A DNA stretch of 64,000 nt from an uncultured Clostridium sp. (GTDB taxonomy: Bacteria > Bacillota > Clostridia > TANB77 > CAG-508). The stretch is taken from positions 1,782 through 65,781 of the forward strand of contig CAMSWH010000004.1 in NCBI GenBank assembly GCA_947064765.1, given 5' to 3'. The notes below the pieces were generated by a model. That model was not told the origin of the DNA. It ran no database searches and saw only the letters and a list, made by a program, of their open reading frames with translations. A program made the translations under genes and the position numbers. This document shows, piece after piece, positions 20,274 to 29,428 of the stretch. Position 1 is the first letter of the stretch, and the number at the start of each line of letters is the position of its first letter.

Positions 20274-21737
20274 TTGCCTGGAATGAACAATACTATGATG
20301 CAATATTTTGAGTGGTATTTACCTAGTGATTCTACACTTTGGAATAAGCTTACAAAAGATGCTAAACATTTAGAGAATATTGGTATAACCCATCTTTGGC
20401 TACCACCAGCATATAAAGGGGCAGGTGGAAAAGATGATGTAGGTTATGGAGTATATGATGTATATGATTTAGGAGAATTTGACCAAAAAGGTGCTATTCC
20501 TACAAAGTATGGAACAAAAGATGAATATGTAAATGCAATAAAAGTGTTGCGTGAAAATAATATAAAGGTTTTAGCAGATATAGTGCTTAACCATAAAATG
20601 GGAGCAGATGAAACAGAAGATGTTTTAGCTGTTATAGATGATGCTTCAAACAGAAATATAAGTTTAACGGAAGCAAAGCCAATCAGAGTTTGGACCAAAT
20701 ATACATTTCCAGGAAGAGGAAATATGTATTCAGATTTTAAATGGGATTGGACGCATTTTCATGGTATTGATTGGGATGAAAATACAGGAACTGCAGCCAT
20801 ATATAAGTTTTATGGTAAACACTGGGATGAGAGTGTAGACAAAGAAAATGGTAACTATGATTATTTAATGGGAGCAGATATAGATTTAAATAATTTTGAT
20901 GTTATTAGAGAGTTAAAAAAATGGGGAAGATGGTATTTAGACACTACCTCAGTAGATGGATTTAGATTAGATGCAGTAAAACATATAAGAGGAGAATTCT
21001 ATCCAGAATGGCTAGGAGACTTAAGAGAATATACAGGTAAAAAATTATTTTCAGTTGGAGAATACTGGAGTACAAATATAGATGTAATAAATGAATACAT
21101 AAATAAAACAGAAGGATGTATGAGCCTATTTGATGTACCATTACATTATAATTTCTATAGAGCATCAATTAGTAATGGAGAATTCAATATGAGCCAAATA
21201 TTTGATGGAACAATAGTTGCATCAAATCCAGATAAAGCAGTTACTTTTGTGGATAACCATGATACACAGCAAGGTCAAGCCTTAGAATCATGGATATTAG
21301 ATTGGTTTAAGCCTTTAGCATATTCACTTATATTACTTAGAAAGAACGGTTTTCCATGTGTTTTTTATGGAGATTATTATGGAATACCAGAAAAAGAAGT
21401 AGCTCCAAAGCAAAATATGTTAGATATATTATTAAAAGTAAGAAAATATTATGCATATGGAGAACAATATGATTATTTTAATCATAGAAATGTTATAGGA
21501 TTTACAAGACTTGGTGATTATGAACATCCAAATTCAGGATTAGCAGTTGTTATGTCTGACGAAAGAGGTGGATGTATACAAATGAATGTTGGAAAAAAAT
21601 TGGCAAATTCTGTATTTTATGATTGTACAGGAAATTTATCTGAACCAGTATATGTTGATAGTGAAGGGAATGGAATCTTTTATTGCAATGATGGTAGTGT
21701 ATCCGTTTGGATAAAAAAAGGTGAAAATGTAAACTAG
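20274..21737 (+). CDS. cytoplasmic GH13 alpha-amylase
   Basis: MMQYFEWYLP, GFRLDAVKH, EYW and FVDNHD blocks. No signal peptide. TTG 20274 sits 8 nt after AGGAG. The ORF opens at 20265. Confidence 0.85.
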   Translation: MPGMNNTMMQYFEWYLPSDSTLWNKLTKDAKHLENIGITHLWLPPAYKGAGGKDDVGYGVYDVYDLGEFDQKGAIPTKYGTKDEYVNAIKVLRENNIKVLADIVLNHKMGADETEDVLAVIDDASNRNISLTEAKPIRVWTKYTFPGRGNMYSDFKWDWTHFHGIDWDENTGTAAIYKFYGKHWDESVDKENGNYDYLMGADIDLNNFDVIRELKKWGRWYLDTTSVDGFRLDAVKHIRGEFYPEWLGDLREYTGKKLFSVGEYWSTNIDVINEYINKTEGCMSLFDVPLHYNFYRASISNGEFNMSQIFDGTIVASNPDKAVTFVDNHDTQQGQALESWILDWFKPLAYSLILLRKNGFPCVFYGDYYGIPEKEVAPKQNMLDILLKVRKYYAYGEQYDYFNHRNVIGFTRLGDYEHPNSGLAVVMSDERGGCIQMNVGKKLANSVFYDCTGNLSEPVYVDSEGNGIFYCNDGSVSVWIKKGENVN

Positions 21738-21743
21738 AATAAA

Positions 21744-21788
21744 ATTCTTAAAATATTAAGTAAATTACTTAATACTTTAAGAATTTTT
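21744..21788 (+). terminator. Rho-independent terminator
   Basis: 19-bp stem ATTCTTAAAATATTAAGTA / TACTTAATACTTTAAGAAT followed by TTTTT. Confidence 0.8.
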
Positions 21789-21949
21789 ATTTTTCTAAAC
21801 TTAAGAAATGTTGAATGATTTAAAATATTATTTATATGTATTAAATTTTACAAATATTAAATTAAAATATCTTTTATGTTACTTTTATGAGATTTGAATA
21901 AATTAATGGTAGAATAGTATTAGAGATATTATTTTTACAAGGAGAAATT

Positions 21950-22123
21950 ATGGAAGAGAAAAAAATTACAATAATGGGTAAAACAATTGATTATAGTAAT
22001 TTTTCAGATGAGCAATTACTTAGTTTATATAGAGAATTAAAGCAAAGAGAGTCTGTGCTATATAAAAGAATCATAAAATATAATGAAAAATATAATTTTT
22101 TACCAGAGATAAATTCAAAGTAG
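21950..22123 (+). CDS. small helical protein (57 aa), first gene of a four-gene operon; not in the ORF track
   Basis: AAGGAGA SD 6 nt upstream. Its stop abuts the next ORF. Confidence 0.4.
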   Translation: MEEKKITIMGKTIDYSNFSDEQLLSLYRELKQRESVLYKRIIKYNEKYNFLPEINSK

Positions 22124-22145
22124 TGTGAATGTGAGGGGATATAAA

Positions 22146-23027
22146 ATGGAAAATGTAGGAACTAGACTAATGACTCAAATAAGAGATTTAAGTGAGTTAG
22201 AAGTTCAAAAATTGGAAATACAAATAGCTAAATTTAATAAAGAAATTAGTGAATATTATGAAACTAAAATTAGTACAATAGAAGAAAATATAGATAGCCA
22301 AATAAGGTACTATGGAAATAATATTAGTGATCATAAAGAAGAAAAAGATAGAATATTAAATAAATACAAAGCAGAATTTCAAAAAAATTATGATACAAGA
22401 AAAGAGCAATTTTTTAATATACAAGTCGAAATTCAAGAACTTCAAGCTAATCAAAAAATTGCATTTGCTAATTTTAAAAAGGTTGCAGAAGATAGAAAAA
22501 GCTTTTTAGAAAGTTCAAAATATGCTGAATATATTTCTAAAAAACAAGAATTTCAGAAAGTAGTAAATTCAACCGTAAATAGAGAAGAGTTTGAAAAGTA
22601 TAGTGAGTTATTAGAAAATTTAAAAGATCCATTAGATACTTACACATCAAAACTAGAAGCTTTGATAAATAAATATGCTGGGTATGATGAAATAATATTA
22701 GAATGTGAAGCAAAACTAACTGATTGTATTTTAGCTACTAAAAAAGATTTTGATGAGATTACAAGATATAGAAATTCAGATGTAGCAGTAATAGAAGGTG
22801 GTAACTTCATTACAAATTTAATAAATAAAATCTTAAATAAATTTGCAGGAAAATCTAAATTTGAGAAAGATGTTATTCAAAAAATGGAAAGTGAATTAGT
22901 AGAAGTAGAGAAAAATAATCTTGCTATTAGTGATTCTATTAATGAACAAACAATATATCTTGTAGCAAAAATTGAGGAATTAAGAGATGTAATTAATTCT
23001 GAATTTAATCTTGCTACTAATGAATAG
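22146..23027 (+). CDS. coiled-coil protein of unknown function
   Basis: ORF 22125-23027, with ATG 22146 behind GAGGGG. Heptad-rich, E/K-rich sequence. Confidence 0.6.
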   Translation: MENVGTRLMTQIRDLSELEVQKLEIQIAKFNKEISEYYETKISTIEENIDSQIRYYGNNISDHKEEKDRILNKYKAEFQKNYDTRKEQFFNIQVEIQELQANQKIAFANFKKVAEDRKSFLESSKYAEYISKKQEFQKVVNSTVNREEFEKYSELLENLKDPLDTYTSKLEALINKYAGYDEIILECEAKLTDCILATKKDFDEITRYRNSDVAVIEGGNFITNLINKILNKFAGKSKFEKDVIQKMESELVEVEKNNLAISDSINEQTIYLVAKIEELRDVINSEFNLATNE

Positions 23028-23036
23028 GAGAAAATT

Positions 23037-23198
23037 ATGAATACTGAAAAAATTGGAGAGATATTTATAGATGGAAGAATTGTTAATTTAGATAATTCTT
23101 CAATTGAAGCTTTAGATAGCATGTTAGAAAAAATAGATTCTCAAAAGAAAAATATAATGAAAAACATAGATGAAATTTTAACAGAAATACAAGGTTAG
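23037..23198 (+). CDS. small protein (53 aa); not in the ORF track
   Basis: TAGGAGA SD 7 nt upstream. It fills the gap between the coiled-coil gene and the 565-aa gene. Confidence 0.4.
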   Translation: MNTEKIGEIFIDGRIVNLDNSSIEALDSMLEKIDSQKKNIMKNIDEILTEIQG

Positions 23199-23210
23199 GG
23201 AGAAACGATT

Positions 23211-24908
23211 ATGGGTGAAAAACAAGATATAAAGCCAGAAGATATAGAAAGCTTTGTAGAATTAAATGAAGCTTTTAAAAATTGTACTAAAGAAACAAAA
23301 GAACATATTAAAAACGATTTGAAAAATTTTGCAAATTTAGTTCCACAAATACCAGGAATTACAGCAGAAGCAGTTAGAAGAGGATTAGAAAAACAAGCAG
23401 AAAGAATAAGTAAAGAATTTGGTGATATAGATGCTCAAAGTTTAGCTAGTGGAATAGAATTAGGAGCTCATGCAGGATTAAAAGCTAAAGAAAACGAGTA
23501 CTGGGAAAGCCAAAATCAGAAGAGAACAGAAACTATTACAAGTAAAGTTACAGCTACAAAAAATAGATCTTTGGATAAAAGAGCTAAAAGAGTTGAAGGA
23601 GCATTAAAAGTAACTTCAATAGTTGGAAAAGGATTAGCATTATTTGGACAAAAGGGATTGGCAGATAAAATGCAAGAGGCTGTAGTGTCTAAAGGTAGAG
23701 ATTATATAATGAAAGATTCAAGACTTGGTAATGTAATGGAAAGAGCTGCAGACTTTGGCTTTACAGTAGCTGATGGAGCAAGATATGTAAAAGAAACAGT
23801 AGTAGAAGGTGCAGAGCTTGCTAAAGACATTGTAGAAGATGGAGTAGAAAATCTGGCAAAAAATGCTGTACAATTTGGAAAAAATGTAAAAGAAGGTTTG
23901 GGAAATGTAGATGCACAAACTAATTTAAATTATATGAATTTAGCTAGAGAAGCTTCAGATAAACAACAAGAATCAAAACAGTGGCAAATTGCACATGAAG
24001 ATAGAAGTTCAAGTGTTACAGGAGCTGTAAAAGGAATTAGTAATAGTTCTTTAGGTATGAAAACTTTTTTTGCACAAGGAAAAATAAAAGTAGCTTCACT
24101 GGGAGCTAAAGGAGTCGCACTTTTTGGAAAAAAAGATTTAGCAGAAAAAGTAGCAGCAAAAGGATTTGATACTAAGAAAAATATAGTAAAAAAGGATTCT
24201 AGGTTAGCTAAGTTTGCTGAAAGAATGGCAGAAAGTGGATTTATAGGTGCTGATAAATTTAGAGATGGTGTTGATCATACTAAAGAAATGGCAGGAGCAT
24301 ATGCAAGAGCAGGAGTTCAAGTAGCAAGAGATACTGTGGATAATGTAAAAGATGCGATAGATACAGGAGTAACAGCAGCGTATACATATGCAACTGATGG
24401 AGTTGAAGCAGTAAAGGATGCAATAGAGACAGGAAAAGTTGCAGCATATACGTATACAACAGATGGCGTTAAAGCAGTAAAAGACGCAGTAGAGTTAGGA
24501 AAAACAGCAGCATACACATATGCAACTGATGGAGCTAAGGCTGTAAAAGAAACTACTAAAAGAGAGGCTTTAAAATTCGGAAAAGCTACATATAAAGGTG
24601 CAGCGACAGCAGTAGCAATAGCATCAATTCCTTTAGAAGCAGTTGGAAAAGGTGCAGTTTGGTCAGTAGGAAAATTAGAAAAAGGTGCTAAATCTGCTGG
24701 AAAGGAAATATCAGAGTTAACTAAATCTGCTGTAGAAAGTGCAAAAACTAAGATTTCAGATAATAAAAAAAGAGCTGGTCTAGGAATAGCAAATTCATTT
24801 TTAAGTTTTTCTAGTGCAGTTAGTGGTAAATTAAGTAGTTTAAGTGAAAAGGCTAAAACTTATGTTAAAGAAAATAGTAAAGAAATTGAAGCTGAACCAG
24901 AACTTTAA
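23211..24908 (+). CDS. A/G/K-rich repeat-built protein of unknown function (565 aa)
   Basis: GGGAGA SD. Internal ~80-aa duplication (KGLALFGQKGLADK...KDSRLGNVMERAADFGF vs KGVALFGKKDLAEK...KDSRLAKFAERMAESGF) plus 3 x 22-aa tandem repeats. No TM or signal peptide. Confidence 0.65.
   Translation: MGEKQDIKPEDIESFVELNEAFKNCTKETKEHIKNDLKNFANLVPQIPGITAEAVRRGLEKQAERISKEFGDIDAQSLASGIELGAHAGLKAKENEYWESQNQKRTETITSKVTATKNRSLDKRAKRVEGALKVTSIVGKGLALFGQKGLADKMQEAVVSKGRDYIMKDSRLGNVMERAADFGFTVADGARYVKETVVEGAELAKDIVEDGVENLAKNAVQFGKNVKEGLGNVDAQTNLNYMNLAREASDKQQESKQWQIAHEDRSSSVTGAVKGISNSSLGMKTFFAQGKIKVASLGAKGVALFGKKDLAEKVAAKGFDTKKNIVKKDSRLAKFAERMAESGFIGADKFRDGVDHTKEMAGAYARAGVQVARDTVDNVKDAIDTGVTAAYTYATDGVEAVKDAIETGKVAAYTYTTDGVKAVKDAVELGKTAAYTYATDGAKAVKETTKREALKFGKATYKGAATAVAIASIPLEAVGKGAVWSVGKLEKGAKSAGKEISELTKSAVESAKTKISDNKKRAGLGIANSFLSFSSAVSGKLSSLSEKAKTYVKENSKEIEAEPEL
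24351..24548 (+). repeat. 3 x 66-nt in-frame tandem repeat inside the 565-aa gene
   Basis: Units start at 24351, 24417 and 24483. They encode DAIDTGVTAAYTYATDGVEAVK / DAIETGKVAAYTYTTDGVKAVK / DAVELGKTAAYTYATDGAKAVK. Confidence 0.9.
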
Positions 24909-24938
24909 AAACTATTAACATATAGAGAATATTTTATT

Positions 24939-24979
24939 AAAGCATAATGTTAGATAATATATCTAATTTTATGCTTTTT
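24939..24979 (+). terminator. Rho-independent terminator
   Basis: AAAGCATAA...TTATGCTTT long stem followed by a T run. Confidence 0.7.
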
Positions 24980-25188
24980 AATTTACAAATTTTATAAAAC
25001 ATTGCATAATTAGTAAAATTTTATAGTATTGCGTAAAGAAAATTTTAGCGTGAAACTATAAAAAATATTTATATGAGAGGTGATAAAAACAAAAAAATGA
25101 AAACAAGTTAACAGTGCACTTTTTTGAAAGGAGTGAAAAGCCTAATTTTTAAACAGTCAAATAATAAAAAGAGAAGGAGAATTTGCAT

Positions 25189-26136
25189 ATGACTGATGAA
25201 AAAAGAAAAGTAACTATTGGGCGGGAAGAGCAAAAACGACTTATTGGGACGAAAGTTGCCAAAGGGTCAATTGTCAGAGTGAAAGATGGAAATAGAGTAA
25301 TTCATATTGTAATAACTGACATTGATCGGGAGTGGTATGAAGGGGCAAAGATTGTTTTAAGTGCTGAGCACTATAATCCCGATAAGGAGGTACTTCTGGT
25401 TAAAGGCGAAGATGCTATCTACCAGAATTCTAATTATAAAGTTAAAGTTAGAGTTTTGGCAGAAATTATATCAGGTTTAAAGTATGAAAATTTCATACAA
25501 GGTGCAGGCGGAACAATTGTTGGAAAAGTAACAAATGATAACACATTGCAGAGAATTTGCGAAAATGTATATCATAAAGAATCCAAAAATAATGAGAGCA
25601 CCGATATACTGACAGAAGCAAAAAGCGAGACAGAAGAAACAATAACTGCCAAAGATGTTATGAATGCTGGCAATCAACTTTATGATGACAGTGTGGCAAT
25701 AAAAGAGGTGCCTACTGAAAATTGCGAAGTAAAAGATCAAACACCTGATGAAGAATCCGAAAAGAAGGTAGAAGATTCTTTTATAAAGCCTGAAGAAGGA
25801 GCAGAACAGGAAAATAATCTGAAACCGACAGTACCCAGCATTGATTTTGAAAAGGTGGTTTCTACATCAAAAGATGTAGACGAACTGATTACTAATTTAG
25901 GATTGTCAGAGTATGAAATGCTCAAAGAGGCTGTTGAGCATGATATCGAAGACCATCATGGTAAAATTAAAAAGATTCTTGTAACAATGCATGCACATCA
26001 TTATAAGCTTAATCAGAATGCAATAAGGCTTATTATAAATCAGGAGTTTTCTGAATGGATAGCGGTAAAGAATCTGCAGATGATTGAGTTTTCGGTAAGC
26101 TATATTTTGAAGACGATTGCAAAAGGCATGAGGTAA
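25189..26136 (+). CDS. hypothetical protein (beta-rich N-domain, acidic linker, helical C-domain)
   Basis: ATG 25189 behind AGAAGGAGA. GC-richer codons. No secure motif. Confidence 0.6.
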   Translation: MTDEKRKVTIGREEQKRLIGTKVAKGSIVRVKDGNRVIHIVITDIDREWYEGAKIVLSAEHYNPDKEVLLVKGEDAIYQNSNYKVKVRVLAEIISGLKYENFIQGAGGTIVGKVTNDNTLQRICENVYHKESKNNESTDILTEAKSETEETITAKDVMNAGNQLYDDSVAIKEVPTENCEVKDQTPDEESEKKVEDSFIKPEEGAEQENNLKPTVPSIDFEKVVSTSKDVDELITNLGLSEYEMLKEAVEHDIEDHHGKIKKILVTMHAHHYKLNQNAIRLIINQEFSEWIAVKNLQMIEFSVSYILKTIAKGMR

Positions 26137-26199
26137 TCTAAGAGGTAGATACTGGATTTTCAAATTTTATGTTTTAGAAACTGAAATAGAAATATTTTT

Positions 26200-26235
26200 G
26201 CAACGTGGTGGAGCTGTCCACTGCGTTGCTTTTTA
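26200..26235 (+). terminator. Rho-independent terminator (13-bp GC-rich stem)
   Basis: GCAACGTGGTGGA / TCCACTGCGTTGC stem followed by TTTTT. Confidence 0.8.
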
Positions 26236-26397
26236 TTTTTTGCATATTGAATATTGTACATTTTTGTTCTATTTTATAATAAATTTATTAATAATATTAT
26301 ATTAATAAATTTTGTCTAGTAAAATGAATACAATTTTTTTTCCTTGACAAAAATATAAAATGAAATATAATAATTTTATAATTAAAGGAGAGATGAT

Positions 26398-27162
26398 ATG
26401 AAAGTCTTAATTACTGGTGCATCTTCGGGAATTGGAAGAGATTTAGCAAGAGAATTTGCTAAAAAAAACTATGATATAGTTTTAGTTGCAAGAAATGTAG
26501 AAAAACTTGAAAGTTTAAAACAGGAATTAAAAGAAGAATATAATGTAAAAGTAGAATATTTAAGTATAGATTTATCAAACAGAGATAATTGTATAGATTT
26601 ACATGAAAAAATTAGGAATATAGATATTTTAGTAAATAATGCAGGATTAGGTGATTTTGGAAATTTTACGAAAACAGAATTGGAAAAAGATTTTAACATA
26701 ATAGATACTAATATAACAGCTATGCATGTACTTACAAAACTATATTTAAAAGATATGAAAGAAATAAATAGAGGAAAGATATTGAATGTTGCATCAATAG
26801 CAGGATTTTTACCGGGTCCACTAATGGCAACATATTATGCATCAAAAAATTATGTTGTAAGGCTTTCAGAAGCAATAAGAGAAGAATTAAAAAAAGAGAA
26901 ATCAAATGTAAAAATTAGTATTTTATGTCCAGGGCCAGTTAGAACTAATTTTAATAATGTAGCTAATGTAAAATTTCAAATAAGTTCTCTTTCTAGTGAG
27001 TATGTAGCAAAATATACAGTAGATAAATTTCTAAAAGATAAGTTTTATATAGTTCCAGGATTTCAAATAAAATGTACTAAATTTTTCTCTAAAATAGTGC
27101 CAACCTCAATACTTGCAAAGTTTACGTATCATATGCAAAAAAGAAAGGAAAGAGACAATTAA
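26398..27162 (+). CDS. short-chain dehydrogenase/reductase
   Basis: TGASSGIGR cofactor motif, NNAG, and YxxxK (YYASK). Confidence 0.85.
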   Translation: MKVLITGASSGIGRDLAREFAKKNYDIVLVARNVEKLESLKQELKEEYNVKVEYLSIDLSNRDNCIDLHEKIRNIDILVNNAGLGDFGNFTKTELEKDFNIIDTNITAMHVLTKLYLKDMKEINRGKILNVASIAGFLPGPLMATYYASKNYVVRLSEAIREELKKEKSNVKISILCPGPVRTNFNNVANVKFQISSLSSEYVAKYTVDKFLKDKFYIVPGFQIKCTKFFSKIVPTSILAKFTYHMQKRKERDN

Positions 27163-27210
27163 TTAAATTTAAGATAGAATAAGTAAAAATTTAATATTGT
27201 GAAATACTTA

Positions 27211-27394
27211 AAAAAATATTTATAATAGGATAAAAAAGTAAATAAAAATTACAATAGAAAAAATAAATAAGAATTATTATTCAAAAAAATTGTAGCAGGA
27301 AGAAAAGTAAGTAAAAATTATTGTTGAAAAATTGTAGCAGGAAGAAAAAATAAATAAAAATTATTATTAAAAAATTTGTAATAGGAAGAAAAAA
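27211..27394 (+). repeat. degenerate tandem repeat (~42-44 nt period) duplicating the SD region of the downstream gene
   Basis: Anchors TATAATAGGA 27221, TACAATAGA 27250, TGTAGCAGGAAG 27291, TGTAGCAGGAAG 27333 and TGTAATAGGAAG 27377. The last is followed by ATG 27395. Confidence 0.75.
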
Positions 27395-28435
27395 ATGAGT
27401 GAATATTTTGAAAATTTAGATATGTTAACAAAAGAATATTTTAATATTTTATCAGAAGATATACCAGATTTTTTATATGATTATATTGATACTGATGCTA
27501 TGAGAAGAATTGATAAAGTAGGTTGTGGATGCGGTACAGATTATACAAAGTTATATAATAAAAAATTTTTTTATTCTAATCTTAGACATAGTATAGGTGT
27601 AGCACTAATAATTTGGAATTTCACAAAAGATAAAAAGCAAACATTATCAGGATTATTTCATGATATATCAACGCCAGTATTTAAGCACTGTATAGATTTT
27701 ATGAATGGTGATTACGAAAAACAAGAATCAACTGAAGAATTGACAGTAAAAATGATAATAGAATCAGAAGAGATAATGAAATTATTAAAAAGAGATAATA
27801 TATTAGTAGAAGAAGTTTCAGATTATCATAAATATCCAATAGCAGATAATGATACACCAAGACTTTCATCTGATAGGCTTGAATATACATTAACACATAG
27901 TATATGCTCACGTAATATATGGAATTTAGAACAAATAAAAAGAATATATAAAGATATAACAATTTTAAAAAATGAAGACGGAATGGAAGAATTAGGATTT
28001 AAAACATTAGAAATAGCAGAAGAATTTGTTAGTGGTGCTAAAAAAATGTGGATGAATTGGATATCAAATCAAGATAAGCTAACACTGAAATTTTATGCAA
28101 CTATAATGAAAAAGATGAGTGAAAAAGGGTTAGTTACAGTAAAAGATTTATACACATTGTCTGAAAAAGAAATGATAGAAAAAATAGAAAATTGTAAAGT
28201 AGATAATATCTCAGAGTCATTCAAAAAGTTTAGAGAATTAACAATGATATATGAAAGCAATGAGCCAGTAACAGATAAATTTTGTATTAGTGCAAAAACT
28301 AAAAGAAGATATATAATTCCCTTAGTAGCAGACGGAGTAAGAATAGACAAGGTATCAGAAAAAGCAAAAAATATTATTGGAGATTACTTAAATTATGAAA
28401 CACCAAAATATGCTTATATAGATTTAAATATTTAA
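27395..28435 (+). CDS. HD-domain phosphohydrolase, paralogue 1
   Basis: H...HD...D pattern: LRHSIGVA, LFHDISTPVFKHCID, SDRLEYT. Collinear with 29428-30465. Confidence 0.7.
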   Translation: MSEYFENLDMLTKEYFNILSEDIPDFLYDYIDTDAMRRIDKVGCGCGTDYTKLYNKKFFYSNLRHSIGVALIIWNFTKDKKQTLSGLFHDISTPVFKHCIDFMNGDYEKQESTEELTVKMIIESEEIMKLLKRDNILVEEVSDYHKYPIADNDTPRLSSDRLEYTLTHSICSRNIWNLEQIKRIYKDITILKNEDGMEELGFKTLEIAEEFVSGAKKMWMNWISNQDKLTLKFYATIMKKMSEKGLVTVKDLYTLSEKEMIEKIENCKVDNISESFKKFRELTMIYESNEPVTDKFCISAKTKRRYIIPLVADGVRIDKVSEKAKNIIGDYLNYETPKYAYIDLNI

Positions 28436-28549
28436 GAAAATAGAGAAGAACTTGTAATAATAAATAGATAGAAAAATATAAAATAATTGCAAGAACTTAA
28501 TATAAATGTAGATTAAAATATTTTCATAACGAAAGGATGATAGTTAATT

Positions 28550-29428
28550 ATGGAAAAAATTATAATAGAAGTTGGATCAACTTGTACAAAAGTAGATTTA
28601 TATGATGGAAGAGAAGTAAAACATATAGAAACAAGAACTATTGAGTTTAAGAGAAACTTTAAAAAAGAAAATAAATTAGATCCAAATGATGTAAAGGAAT
28701 TAATAGATTTAGTAGAAGAATGTAAAGAAAAATGTGATAATTTATACATATGTGGAACAAGTGTGTTTAGAAATTTAACTGATGAGCAAAGAAGAGAATT
28801 TTTAGATTTATTTTATAAAGAAACTAAAATAAATTTTGATATTATTTCACCAGAAAAAGAAAATGAATTAACAGTATATGGAGCAGTACGTAAAGTAAAT
28901 CAAAAAGTTGCGGTATTTATTGGTGGTGGAGGCTCAACAGAAATAGCAATATACGATAATGGAATAAAAGAAATGGTAAATACCCCATTTGGAGTTATAG
29001 ATATAATGAATAAATATCCAGATTTAGGAGGGGACTTAGCAACTACTAAATTAGAAAAAATAAGAGAAGAAGTTAAAGAAAAGCTTAACATACCAAAAGA
29101 AAAAGCAGATATATTAATTTTAGCAGGAGGAGGTCATAAGTTTTTTGCATTAGAATCAGGAATTTCTTATGAAAAAAATACTTTATTTGAAGATGAATTA
29201 GAACCAATAATGATGGATATTGAAACAAGAAAAAAAGATACTTTAAGGTATTATGAAGAAATATCATTAGATGAGATAAGAAGTAGAGTTGAGGATCCAA
29301 ATTGGTGGTATGCAACAAGAGCAATGAGTGCATTTGCACTAGATGTTGCAGAAGAAATTGGAGCAAAATATATAGTTCCAACAGATATTTCAATGGTATA
29401 TGGATTAATAAATAATGAGGAAAAATAA
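28550..29428 (+). CDS. Ppx/GppA-like ASKHA-fold phosphatase/ATPase
   Basis: Phosphate-1 IIIEVGSTCTKVDL and phosphate-2 VFIGGGGSTEIAIY motifs. Confidence 0.6.
   Translation: MEKIIIEVGSTCTKVDLYDGREVKHIETRTIEFKRNFKKENKLDPNDVKELIDLVEECKEKCDNLYICGTSVFRNLTDEQRREFLDLFYKETKINFDIISPEKENELTVYGAVRKVNQKVAVFIGGGGSTEIAIYDNGIKEMVNTPFGVIDIMNKYPDLGGDLATTKLEKIREEVKEKLNIPKEKADILILAGGGHKFFALESGISYEKNTLFEDELEPIMMDIETRKKDTLRYYEEISLDEIRSRVEDPNWWYATRAMSAFALDVAEEIGAKYIVPTDISMVYGLINNEEK

Noticed and set aside
25038-25070. A third GTGAAAC (-35-like) element upstream of islet C.
   Set aside because: Only the 7-mer is shared. The spacing and the downstream ATCTTATAT block of the two good ECF-type copies are not reproduced.
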